This document shows, one piece after another, positions 1 through 11,456 of a stretch of DNA of 43,636 nucleotides (the stretch's first letter is position 1; each line of letters opens with the position of its first letter). Position numbers and translations under genes: made by a program. The DNA lies in the NCBI GenBank assembly GCA_000934665.2, contig JYFJ02003328.1:1-43636 (forward strand), written 5' to 3'. The stretch is from Catajapyx aquilonaris. Its lineage: Eukaryota. The notes under the pieces were generated by a model. That model was not told the DNA's origin. It searched no databases and saw nothing but the letters and a program-made list of their open reading frames with translations.

Positions 1-104
1 CATGTAAACAACGCGTCATGGTTACTGTGAGGGCCCGCTCTGATTGGTCCGCGGCGTCGACGAGAACTAAAACCAAAACCGTCGACGGCCTGTGTGAATG
101 GGCC
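1..104. mobile_element. MITE family A, right part (PIF/Harbinger-like)
   Basis: Ends in GGCCTGTGTGAATGGGCC followed by TTA; homologous to 19587-19766. Confidence 0.65.
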
Positions 105-289
105 TTAAGCCTGCAAGAAGCAAGCGGCGGTATCCACAGAGACTAAACGTGTGGATCATGAGAAGCAATCACAGTGAGGCAAATGCAATGTTGGAAGATG
201 AAGCTTCGTTACTGACGGTTAACTTTTTATCCAGGAGAATTATTCGAACTTGGTCCAGAGATAGGCACATAACACTGTAGAACCTGTCA

Positions 290-331
<42 letters not shown>
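290..331. repeat. (TAT)n microsatellite
   Basis: About 14 trinucleotide units. Confidence 0.9.
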
Positions 332-332
<1 letters not shown>

Positions 333-1040
333 AGGTGCAGTCAATAAAGAACGAGCTGTATAATATATTGTGGAAAACCTGTGGGACAGGCAATAATGCT
401 GATTGGCAGGGATTAACCTTCAAACCTTAGAGAAAGTGATGTGCATGCACATGTGCGGCTCGAGTGAGCAGGTGTCGCGTGATCAAAAGGGTAGCAACAC
501 ACCGAAAGTGCCTTCCAGTCAATAAAAACAAGCTGAAAGCCATTATCAATGTCACGTTTTGCATTTTGTCAAAAGTATTGACTGTGATAATTTGTACATT
601 TATTCCCCTTAGACGCTACGCATGCAAATTCCTTCTCACAAGTCTTTGGGTTGTTACTAGAACCACGTCCAAACGCTCTTCTTCACTTCATTGTCCATCT
701 GGAATCAGCAAAGCTTTCTTCAGTTCACCAAAACTGCGGAAGTCTCAGTGTGACAGGTTGGTACTGCAGTGGGAGGGGGATGGCCGAGGACTTCCCACTT
801 CAATTTACTCGCAAGATCTTCGATGAAATTTTCTGTATGGGGGCAGGCATTACCATGGCATTTGGACAGCGCTTTCAGCAGGTGGCTTCCCTTTTGATCA
901 TGTGACGCAACAGCTGTCCCCTCTAGCCACACATGCTAATTTTCTTTAAGGTTTGAAGGTTATCCCTGTCAATCAGCGCTACTGCCTGTACCATAGGTTA
1001 TCCACAATAACTCAGGCTCCATTTTCATTGATCGCCCCCT
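333..1040. mobile_element. MITE family B (Tc1/mariner-like, TA-flanked), long form
   Basis: Imperfect ~175-bp inverted arms (333-510 and 869-1040) starting AGGTGCAGTCAATAAA; homologous to 18783-19116. Confidence 0.7.
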
Positions 1041-1258
1041 AGTACTTTCACTGAGCTCATACAATTACTCCATATTGAATGTACTATTTCACTCAAAAGA
1101 TGGAGACGATTTTGCATTTGGTTTCAGTGCGGACCAGATGCCCTTGTAGTCTTTCAAATGGATGGGCAGCAAATATTAGTAGCCAATACTTTTGATAACA
1201 ACTAAATATCATTAGGCTTGGGATTGTCCGAGCTATGAATATGATTTTTGAATGCCAT

Positions 1259-1445
1259 GTACATGGGTTGTTTCATAAGTCATTGCACGTATTTTTGAAT
1301 TCAAAAAAGCTGACGCATACAGATATGACCTTTGCCGATTTTGAAGCTCCGGCGATTACAATTTCATCTGGCTGTAGATGTCGCCCATATCACATGGGAG
1401 GCAGGGAAACAAAAGGGGATCATTACCCCACCACCGCACCACCGC
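1259..1445. mobile_element. MITE family C, single arm
   Basis: Matches the arms of 16853-17223 (taagtcattg, tacagatatgacc, ccggcgattacaattt, aaaggggatc). Truncated next to the TTAA element at 1451. Confidence 0.6.
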
Positions 1446-1450
1446 CTTAA

Positions 1451-1794
1451 GAAGGCCCGAGCTGTTGGACGATGCATGCTGGACACTCTGACAACACAGG
1501 AGCTTGCTTTCGAGTGTGGGACATGCCCCAGAGCCATATGTCATCCAACGCCACAAACCGTTTGAAAAAACCATCGCCCTCAATGCGATCGAGTTCCAAG
1601 CGAAGGCAAAATGGTGGCTCTTTTGCACCTCACAAAGATGGTGAGGAACCAGTGAGGATGTCACCTTCCTGAGACCTTTCCGTCTTTCAGACTCCTAAGC
1701 ATAGTACTCTGACTTGTCCCACACTCGAAAGCAAGCTCTAGTGTTGTCCATCGCCGAGTGTCCAGCACCTACAACTGCGAGTTGCTTCGCTTTT
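1451..1794. mobile_element. TTAA-flanked MITE-like element
   Basis: Inverted arms tgctggacactc..gagcttgctttcgagtgtgggaca (~1477-1523) and tgtcccacactcgaaagcaagctc..gagtgtccagca (~1714-1767); TTAA at 1447-1450 and 1795-1798. Confidence 0.55.
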
Positions 1795-2705
1795 TTAAAG
1801 ACCTAGTACTGTGAAAAATCGGTAGAAAACAATACCATCACTGTTTGAAGCCATTTCACGCTTCCACGCAACATGTGCACAAATATACAAGGTGGTTCAC
1901 TGCCCAGATTACAAGTCTGGCAACAGTAGAAAGTTGATGCACTGTGAATGTCCCAGCCATGCGAACTCATGGCCCTCTTTCGGTGCAATTGCACATTGTA
2001 TGATTGTTGCCGGGTTTTTATTACGAAATTGTAGAAAATTAAAATAGGCAACCTGCTGATCCTACTCTGACATTACTTATCAAGAACATCTGCAGTACCC
2101 CGCAATTGGCCTATCAAATTGTGCAAAATGTTACAGGTAACTTGAAAACTTGGCTGGAATCCTTGCGATGGCAACTCATTAAACCTGATAACAAAATGAA
2201 ACATGTCCCGAATTAAATTACAGTCTGCAGTCCCAAGTAGAGCAGTGTGCATAGAAATCTCCGTCTGCACAGTCTTGCTTATTATTTTACCTCTAGGTGG
2301 CTACAGGATTGGCAATGTTGTCAAATTAAAAGACTTAGATATTGTAGACCTGTGCATTACAATTCTCATTGAAAACTACCGCATTGGAAATCAATTAATT
2401 TTTTATAACTTCCGACGTTCCGAGCCCAACTTGTCGAAATACCAAACCCCATAAATGCTACCTCTGCAAAGCACACCCAATCGCTACAATATTAAAATAC
2501 ATAGCTACCGTTGGTGAATACAGCAATGCAAAAATTGTGTCATGATGGGTGATGGTACCAAAATGCTCAGTAAGCTTGGAAATTCATGTGTGATTGACTC
2601 TCAAACCAGAACATATCATTTTATAAAATTATAAGAAGAAAGAATCATTTGATATCCTCCTTTCCCAACCCACACCTCTCCCTTGGCATTGTCAGCGTGT
2701 TTCCA

Positions 2706-2779
2706 ATCCCCGCCAGGAATCGAACCTGGGACCATCTTCATTGCAATGCAAGAGTGCTCTGCCACTGAGCTACAGGGAT
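2706..2779 (-). ncRNA. tRNA-like cloverleaf T1 in POP1a intron (Ala-like)
   Basis: ATCCCTG-TA-GCTCAGTGGCAGAGC-ACTCTTGCATTGCAATGAAGATGGTC-CCAGG TTCGATT CCTGG-CGGGGAT. 7-bp acceptor stem extendable to 11 bp; irregular anticodon arm; no downstream T-run. Confidence 0.7.
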
Positions 2780-3142
2780 TAGATGAATGCCAGATCTCCC
2801 TCCCCCATCCACCCAGGTACAGAAAAAAAATCAGCCAAATTAAAAGCATAAAATAAAATAAAAGGCTTGCTTTCAAGAAAAATTTTGATACCATTGCCCA
2901 TTACAGACACGAGTAAATAATTATTAAATGTTGGGGGGTTGCTGATAATAATCACACCTAAATCTGAGTTTTTGTTCGCAAATAAACCAGCCTGAACTAT
3001 TGCAAGAGACAGCAACTACCGCCTACATCAAAGTGTTCTCATTCAAATTGAATCATCAATGTAAGGTAGCATTCAAGTTGCAACATCCACCTTCAGGACT
3101 CCAGCCACACAGGCGAACTGCAGTTTCCAAATTACACTTTAC

Positions 3143-3475
3143 AGGGGAGGCGAAGTGGCGCAACGGTAACGTTCGCGCACACGGATGTTAAGGTCTCGGG
3201 TTCGATCCCAACCTGGGGACACCCCCTTCATCTCGTGCAGAGTTCAGGGGTCGCCTCTGGCTTCGTCTCGGGTGGTATTTCCTACAGTCTAAACCACCCG
3301 GGGGAGTTCACTAAAAATGGCCACAGCGTCAGATGCACTGCACCTTGCACATCCGCTCCTGTCATCCTGCCCGTGGGCCCGGGCGATACGTACAAAGGCT
3401 CCAATGTACACAACAATTAAATAAAGGTCCATGCGATAAACCCTGATGGGTGAAAGCATTACCCAACCAATTATT
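3143..3475 (+). mobile_element. tRNA-derived SINE, copy 1
   Basis: A-box AGTGGCGCAACGG, B-box GGTTCGATCCC, body shared with 11140-11454, short ATT tail, and a 14-bp TSD aaattacactttac (3129-3142 and 3476-3489). Confidence 0.85.
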
Positions 3476-5351
3476 AAATTACACTTTACGAAGGGCCAAT
3501 GTGCATTAATATCCGATCCATCTGAATTACCAAATGCAAATTCCGTTACTCATCCAGTCAGAAACCTTAATAATCCCTCAATATGTCCAGCCTTCAAACT
3601 ACAGACACGATCTCAAGGCAGGTATACTCGAACCCCCCATAGAGGCATAAAACCCATTGTACACCAATGTTACCTCGAAGCAGCTCAATTTTTGTGGCAA
3701 TTAAGTCATGCATGGAGTTAAATAACTCTTCACCTGTCAAGGCACATGACCACTGTGTGGCTTATGCCCAGTTCATTCCCTTCAATCACTTTTGTGATAC
3801 TAGAATCTTTGCTCAACCTAAATGGCCTACAACAGGTTTTATGCAACTAGAGTGGTACGTTTCTAGCAGTATACCCACCTTGGTTCACCGTGTGACATGT
3901 AATCCAAAGGTAATGCCAATCTCCCACCTGAAAGCAATGTCAGGACGCAGGATGCATTCTCAATGGGAAAAAAAGATGGTTCACTCCATCTCAATACGTC
4001 TTGGTAATGGCGCATACGAAGCAATTGAGCTAAAAGATCTCCGCCCCTTCTACTTAGTCCTTACTTTGCATGCGTAATGGCCTAACATTATTTTCATCAT
4101 AAAATACTATCATAAAATCCTCAAGGGTGCCCAATGTTTGAGGCAGTGATTAGCAAAAAAGTTGCAGGAATATTTCTGGTAAAAAAAAAAAATCCCAGCA
4201 TATGGACGTTGGTATGAAGTTGGTTGGTCATGTTCATGGGGAAAGAAGGGTCACAAGGGTATTGTTCGAGTAATCCGTTGCGTCATAGAATTTCCAGGAG
4301 CAGATTTTAGCCTGCATACCAAACCATTGGTGCATTTGGGTTTGGCACTTTCAGGCTCTTACTCTCTTTCTCTAAGGTAATGTAGCCTAACCTCACAAGT
4401 CGTTCTGCAGTCTTCACCATGTCCACTTGCATAAAAGTGCAAATTTTACATCGCAGTCGTCACTCAAATCATGAAGCATTGCTTTTATAAGTAAAACCCA
4501 CATATCAAGAGTCTACATGTCGTTGAGATCGTGGTAAAATTTGCCCCATTATGCCGAAACAAGGTGCACGGCTGCATATTCCTGTTAATGTCGTAATAAA
4601 TTATAACTCACCAGCACAGAATCAACCGCAACCTCACAATTTCAGCACATGCATAAAATTCTCATTTAATAATTGTGCAACAAGGTGGCCTATCCATTAT
4701 TATCCATTATTTACCTCGCCACTGAATCTTCAGAATTGTACGTAAATGCCGAATGAGAAGCAACGGCCAATTCAGTGCAAGTGGCACGAATAACACAGCT
4801 CTACCACATCCTGTCCTTGGCCGAGGTGTCCACTGCTGCACAAAATGGAGCCTAATGGTGCAGAACCAAGTTCACAACCCTTCACCTGAAACAGCAAAAT
4901 TCTGGCATTAGTTTCACACATCCTCCAGATCACATTCGCAGGTGGCCAAACATTACTTACACGAGTCAGTTACAGCAGGCCTCATCAGCACTTCCTACAA
5001 TATTAATGCTCCCCCACATCTACAAGTACACTCCCTTTTACGAGTTGGAAGCATTTTCCCCACAAATTTCATCACTTTTATGAACCAAGGGGACCTGAAT
5101 TATGTCAACCAGTTCGGCAGTATCATTACCACAAACAAGTAAAAGCTTGAATCCTCTACAACTCGGTCTGACACTGAATTCTTATTTCAACTTCAGAATT
5201 TGCCATTGCCAACACCATTATTTCACTTCATCCTAACCTGACTTTTTCACAAGTCAAACTGCGCATGAGCAGGACTCCCTCCAGAGCCAACCCACAACCC
5301 CTGCTGGAATTCCACTGACTCAAGCTGAATGCTGCCAGTGCAGTGACTTCC

Positions 5352-5424
5352 GCCCCCGCCAGGAATCGAACCTGGGACCACCTCTCCTCGAGAGCGTGTG
5401 CTCTGACCACTGAGCTACAGGGGC
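5352..5424 (-). ncRNA. tRNA-like cloverleaf T2 in POP1a intron
   Basis: Acceptor GCCCCTG/CGGGGGC, D stem GCTC/GAGC, middle arm CAC-G-CTCTC-GAG-GAGAG-GTG, T arm CCAGG TTCGATT CCTGG. Confidence 0.7.
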
Positions 5425-5572
5425 TTCCTACATCTGCAAGACAGCAGTCAGGTAAATACAATTCACCTGCTTTTCCCATCTTTCAACTAAAAGGAAGAAC
5501 ATTCAAGCAGTCATTACGTGTTGTTCCACAAAAACAATTAAAAAGGCACAACCATGGCAGAGAGTGACCCTA

Positions 5573-5644
5573 GCCCCCGCTGGGAATCGAACCCAGAAAC
5601 ACACTTGACGTCCAGTGTGCACTCCGACCACTGAGTACAGGGGC
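5573..5644 (-). ncRNA. tRNA-like cloverleaf T3 in POP1a intron
   Basis: Acceptor GCCCCTG/CGGGGGC, D stem ACTC/GAGT, middle arm CACACT-GGACGTCA-AGTGTG, T arm CTGGG TTCGATT CCCAG. Confidence 0.7.
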
Positions 5645-6381
5645 TTCCCACTGACCACACATGGTTCCACATCACTCGCGTGCGCACACACATACACACA
5701 AAAATAAAATAAGTGCAGACTGCATAGATATTGGCAATGGCAATTTCCAAACATGCAAATGAATTTAATTCCTCCTATTTATGTAGGTCAGATCAGGTGG
5801 TGCAGTGACTTCAGAAATCATTCCCCATAGTAATCCGCACCAGATGAATGAATAAAAGCATCTCCAAAAGCAGCCAGACTGCCCAAGTTGAGCGCTCAAC
5901 TCATACTGCCCGACCACTTTTAGAACCGCATTTAATCAATCACACCACAACCACCTTCAACAAATGCTTCGATGAAGTTTCCCCCATCACAGCCAACCCA
6001 ATGGTTAAGCTTACCTTGCAGGTGACCACACGTGAACCCATTTCCAACACATGCAATTGTGGTAAGGTCCTGACACGCAAATAATCATGAAATGCAATCC
6101 CAATGTACACATATCCACTTGCTCTGAGTTTCAGTACTTAAAATTCCACGTCATAGGAATATTTTTTCCCTGCATTTAGATGCAGCAAGAACCATCTGCA
6201 ACAAAGCTAGTTATGATCTCATCCTATGTGGCTGCTCAGAAGCGACAGCATAATGTTGCAATACTAATCCGCAATTAAATTATTATTTTTTAAACATTGT
6301 TACTTCCTTGGCTTGGAGGAAACCCTTCTGTCAGGGTGAGGTGAGTAATGGGAAGTCATCGACTCCAGCATGGTGAGAGGT

Positions 6382-6452
6382 TCCCCCGCCGGGACTTGAA
6401 CCCGGACCTCGGATTGTGTAACCCGTGTCTTTGCCAGTTGGACCACAGGGGC
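6382..6452 (-). ncRNA. tRNA-like cloverleaf T4 in POP1a intron
   Basis: Acceptor (G)CCCCTG/CGGGGG(A), D arm GTC-CAACTGGCAAA-GAC, middle arm CGGGT-TACACA-ATCCG, T arm CCGGG TTCAAGT CCCGG. Confidence 0.65.
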
Positions 6453-6710
6453 GCCAATACCCGCTCTGTCATTTCGCATCAGGGTGAGATTGCAGTGAAT
6501 GGATCCAAAGAGGTTTTCTCCAGGCCTTCTTCCATCATAGTGATTTAACGGACAACATTATGCCGCCCTTCCACTTCCCCAAAGTGCTCTCATTTTCTTT
6601 CAATTTCAAGCACACGCTTGGCAGTGAAGAAATAACACACAGCGAAAAGTGCTTGCTCGTCATATTCACACCCATAAGCTCTGAACCTTGTAGTGGGTCT
6701 TTCGTTTTTG

Positions 6711-6783
6711 GCCCCCGCTGGGACTTGCACCCAGAACAGCACCGACCCCTAGGGACAGCACTGCACCACTTGGTTTCAGGGAC
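6711..6783 (-). ncRNA. tRNA-like element T5 in POP1a intron (counterpart of T8)
   Basis: Acceptor GTCCCTG/CGGGGGC, reduced D arm ACC-AAGT-GGT, long middle hairpin CAGTGCTG..CCC-TAG-GGG..CGGTGCTG, T arm CTGGG TGCAAGT CCCAG. Confidence 0.6.
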
Positions 6784-6844
6784 TGTTTTTGTCACCACTA
6801 CTTGGCCTCCTCCCCCCCGAACCCATTGGCATGTCACGTTTCCA

Positions 6845-6919
6845 ATCCCCGCCAGGAATCGAACCTGGGACCAGCCTCATTGCAATGCATTGAGTGCTCT
6901 GCCACTGAGCTACAGGGAT
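6845..6919 (-). ncRNA. tRNA-like cloverleaf T6 in POP1a intron (near-duplicate of T1)
   Basis: Same acceptor, D and T arms and immediate flanks as 2706-2779; middle arm CTCAATGC-ATT-GCAATGAG. Confidence 0.7.
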
Positions 6920-7192
6920 TAGATGAATGCCTCTTTCCCCTCATGGGCCATTTCAGTCAAGCACCAGTCATACACGGTAAGTTTAAGTGAGACCTTCTAT
7001 AAAACACTGCCATTCATAATCACCTTCACGTATTCCTTTCATACACATGTGTATTCAGCAATAAATAGGCACAGGCGAAATATTAATTAAGAGCATCAAA
7101 ATTCGTTAATTGTGCCTAAGGTGCCACGAATATACCTGGATGGAAACGTGTGTGAGTACGGAGACGTGTTGGAAATGAAAAAGACTCCAAAC

Positions 7193-10100
7193 CTGAAGTG
7201 CTGATCAGTCTTCTCTCTCCTCTTTACCCTTTCCTCCATCCGGCAGGCGGCTGAGTCCGGACAGTTCCAAGGAGCAGGCAGCTGCCCTTGCTCGTAAGCC
7301 GTGGCAGCAGCCTCCCTAAGCCCCCCAACTCGAGCCCCGCGGTACACTAAGCTGATCCAGAAGGCCATGGCCCAACCCGGAGGGACAATCACATCCCAAC
7401 CACAACCATAGCCTGGAATCATTTCGAAGGATGGGGAGGGGAGAGGACAGGACAAAAAAGAACATTGCATCAAGTAAACTTCGGAATGGCTCAAACGGCA
7501 AGACTTCTCATCTCACTTTTGGGCCTTCAATATTGCCTCAGGTTGTAAAAACAGGTCACAAAGAGCCACTTTTTTTTTGCATGCTAGCAAGGGTCTCGAC
7601 ATGTGACGATTCAATTAGGACTACAATTTTCAAACTTCACCGTTCTGGTGAATTGAATGACAAATGGAAGTGAAAGGCCCAAAATACGAGATGGGGGGGA
7701 CACAACAAAAGCAAAATGGCGGCCCGCTGTGATTGTGGGTGATGGGAAAGGAACAAAAAAAATAAAAAAGTGTGCAAACCATTCCTACCCAGCCTCTTCT
7801 CTTTGGGATCTTGGCTGCCGGGTCTTTGTATAAGTATGACTGGAACTCTGGCTTCATCTTGGCCCAGGTCCAGCGGAGTGCCGGGAATGGTGTGCCTGGC
7901 TCTTATCTCATTCATCTGGTTATCCGAGGTCTTGGTGGTGGTTACCTCATCCCTCACCCAGGCTTCCCATAAAGGGGATGCACTCAGCAGGGTAGGGAAC
8001 TCACCCAACGATTCCCCTGTTGTGTCCCATGTTACTGTACGAAACAAAGGGGTAGAGGTCACTCACAGCCACATCAAGCTAACGAATATGCGGTAAAAAA
8101 ATATATATTCCAGTGAAACTCCTGACGTACCATCGATGTCTGGTAAAACTTTAGTCCTCTTGGGTGGCAGCAACACCCTCGGATCTCTGACAGTCAGACC
8201 TAGTATGGCGCGAGGAGGAACCTGAGCTGGTGATAAGGCGCCTTCCAGATCCTGCCAGACAGCTCGCTGACCAGCTGCCGCTTTCTTCCCATCATCCGTG
8301 GCATAAAAGTACTGCCACCATTGAGGGCGACTGCGCCCTCGCTTTTGTTTCACTCCTATGCTCTCATCGCCACTGCTAAGATCGCTTTCCAGAAGCGGAG
8401 ACAGCACAGTGTTGTTGTTCTGCTTCACACACCCGTTGGCATCCCTCTTGACCGCAATCCCCTCCAAGTGGTGGCGCTTGAGGCCGCCATTTGGAGAATC
8501 ACGTGGCTTCCTTGCTGGCCTTATGTCCACAATATTGGCAGGTCTGAGGCAGCTGCTTAGAATGGCACCAGACGATGGTCCTTGAAGCCTAAATCGATTC
8601 AGTGTGTCCTTCAGCAATGCCATTCGGACAGCCCCATTGCTGAACTTGGGAACCCGTATAAATGGGATGTTGCGAGTGGCCAGTTTAAGCTGATCGACAT
8701 TTTTCCTGGGTCGTGATTCTTTGGCCAATTTCTTACGCTTCACATTCTCCTCATCTTCATCTTCCACCACGCATGGTATTATCTCATCCTCCAGGGGCGA
8801 CAAGCCAAATACCGCCACCAGCTCGTCCACAACTTCCTGGTAAAATGAGGGGTGGACCCAAATCCACAAGTTGCGTGAACGCTCAACATCCATGGGCAGC
8901 AATCCATGCTTGACCCTGGCATGGCGGAGGATCCGACCAGATGTGAGCCAGTCGAGGGGCCTCCACATGAAGGACACCTCCCCAATGGCTCCCTTCGGAT
9001 ATTCCCCCCTATGGAAGAGGACAGCGCTCCCTTCGCGGTTCCCACCCAGCAAGCTCTTGGCTGCAAAAGTGAGGCCGCAAGCAGGATCCGTTATGGCAGA
9101 GAGGCCTTCTAGAAGCTTATTCTCAGGGCCTTCTAGCTCTATACATACGTTGAAGGAGATATCCTGCAAGCCCCAGCCCGGAGGGAAAAGAGGAGCGATA
9201 ACAAAAGGCTGTGGGATTGCTTGTTAAAGCGGTTAATGTTATTTTGCATTAATTTGAAAATTTAATTGGATTTTTACTTGACTAATTCCTTCACATTTGT
9301 GTTCATGTCAAGTGCATCAAAAACTTTGCAAGTAATTATTCTGGAAAAGTTCCATGCAATCGAACAATCAACGAAACTTTTGACAAAATCATTTAAATGA
9401 AATATTTCGTTATTTTAGCAAATGTCACTGCGTGTCGAGACGCTCGTTAATCCCCGTGTTAGCAATACCCTACTGCTACCCACCAGAATTCCTCGGGTTA
9501 ACTTTACCTGTAATAGGCAATTACTTGCACTTGCTCGGTAGCAAGCTCTCACACTTTTGTCATTCGGAAAGTTGGCAATTTTATAGCCCCACTTTACAAC
9601 CACGTGAAACCTGCAAAAACAAGGGAGTCCTCAGAACCTTCACACTTTTTCTTTCTTTCTTTTCTTTTCTTTTTTTTTTTGCATTTCATACAATTCGGCA
9701 TCTCCTTCTGCTTCATCCAAAAGTAATAATAATCAAGGCAGCCACTCATCAAAAACATTAACTTCCACCTACCTGCTTCTACACACATGTACCCCCTGAG
9801 CTTTTCACAGCAAAAGTGATTCTCATGCAATGCGCACACAGTTGGTAATAAAACACACAGGAAACACATGACTATATGAATACTTTTGCTGTGAAACTCT
9901 CAAGTCAGAGTCAAGATGATGTCCTGCTCCTTTATTCTCTTAATTACCTACCTCATGGCTTAAAATCCTGAAATGAATGTTTTATTTGCAACATAACCAT
10001 CTCTTGTCTTTTTGGCCTTTTTTTTTGCCCCTTCCCAGCCAACCCACTTCAATTGTATTTTCATTCAAGCTGCTGCGACCTTCAGTTGTGATACCACAGT

Positions 10101-11026
10101 GGATAAGTGAAACTCACCCCCGCCGGGAATCGAACCCAGGACCACGCCGGTTGGGCGAATGCTCTAACCACTGAGCTACAGGGGCTCCCCACTAGGCACC
10201 AGGTATACACAACTTCAGTATGTTTTCCCAACCCCCCCTCCCACATTTCCTCAAATTAACATTGGGGGGGACGGAAAAGAAAGAGAGCACACCCCCTCGT
10301 AACATTTCACTCACCTTTTCGCATGCCACTTATGAGTTTCCAACCATACATTTTTCCTCTGCCGCCTGTTATACTCAGCCAAGAGGTTACTAGGTCTTCT
10401 ACGGAATTTTCGACTAGGTCTCTTTGACTTGAGTGGCATGCCACTCTTTTCCAACTGTAAGCAAAATGAAATATAAGTCTTTTTCGCAACCGTGACAACA
10501 AAACAGCCCACGAGACGTACCTGATTAATGTGAGGCTCTCTCAGTCTCCTGGGCATTCTGTTTGCATTGTGACTCATTGCCCTTCTCCTCATGTACCTTG
10601 GGAGTTGTTGGAACACAAGCGCAGTCTTGGTGGGGTTGTCTAGAGTGGAACATGTCGCATGAATATATGTTCCAAGTGTAGGCATGCGCCACCAACTGAT
10701 TTAGAGAAACCATTGCTATTGTTGCAAGTGGCGTTGAAAAATCAATGTCATATTTTACTGTAATCTGGCCTTATGTCTTCACAAAAGCGTATAATTTACA
10801 CGAGTCAAACATCTCTAGTTCCAAGAAAGGACGTGTCACACACAAAAATTCTCCCATGGCCTGGCTCACCTATAGACTGCGACATGGTTCCAAGCTCCTG
10901 CACCCTGGCAGCCACAAACTTTGTCATGGCCAGATCGGAGGTCAGCTCTTGTTGACCCCCTGCCAGGATGTCGAATTCTGTCTTCTGGGGCTCCATCTTG
11001 CACAGCATCCTTCTAAAGAGCTTCAT
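7193..11026 (-). CDS. POP1: RNase P/MRP protein subunit POP1, copy A (3'-partial; remaining exons presumably beyond the window start)
   Basis: Phase-consistent GT-AG exons: 11026-10870, 10639-10521, 10454-10315, 9610-9508, 9163-8131, 8034-7789, 7412-7193. The protein has POP1 hallmarks [55 protein letters not shown] and [22 protein letters not shown]. No RPNY-containing next exon was found in 1-7192. Confidence 0.93.
10116..10185 (-). ncRNA. tRNA-like cloverleaf T7 in the POP1a intron after the WHAKR exon
   Basis: Acceptor GCCCCTG/CGGGGGT, D arm GCTC-AGTGGTTA-GAGC, middle arm CGCC-CAACC-GGCG, T arm CTGGG TTCGATT CCCGG. Confidence 0.7.
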
Positions 11027-11139
11027 GCGAACCTCTATACTTAGTCACCCTCTTGTCTTGAAGCTAATCATCGTGCCTTACGTAGCGTCTGAAAAAAAAA
11101 AATCAATATTAATGCCCGTCGCATGTTAATGGTTATATC

Positions 11140-11409
11140 GGGAGGCGGAGTGGCGCTGCGGTAACGTACGCGCCCACGGACGTTATGGTCCCGGGTTTGA
11201 TCCCAGCCCGGGGACACCCCCTTGATCTCGTGAAGAGTTTAGGTCGTCTCTGGCTTCGTCTCGGGTGGTATTTCCTTAGACTAAACCACCCGGGGGAGCT
11301 CACGAAATGTACCCATAACAGTCCCTGCACTGCACTTTGCACATCCCCTCCTGCCCATGGGCCCGGGCGCTTCAATAGGCACCAATGTACAATAATAAAC
11401 TACCCCAGG

Positions 11410-11454
<45 letters not shown>
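11140..11454 (+). mobile_element. tRNA-derived SINE, copy 2
   Basis: Homologous to 3143-3475, with a long (ATT)n tail and a 17-bp TSD atgttaatggttatatc (11123-11139 and 11455-11471). Confidence 0.88.

Positions 11455-11456
<2 letters not shown>

Noticed and set aside
1803..2051. Next POP1a exon (acceptor followed by LP codons)
   Set aside because: The translation LPILIFYNF has no similarity to the expected LPPxxRPNY exon.
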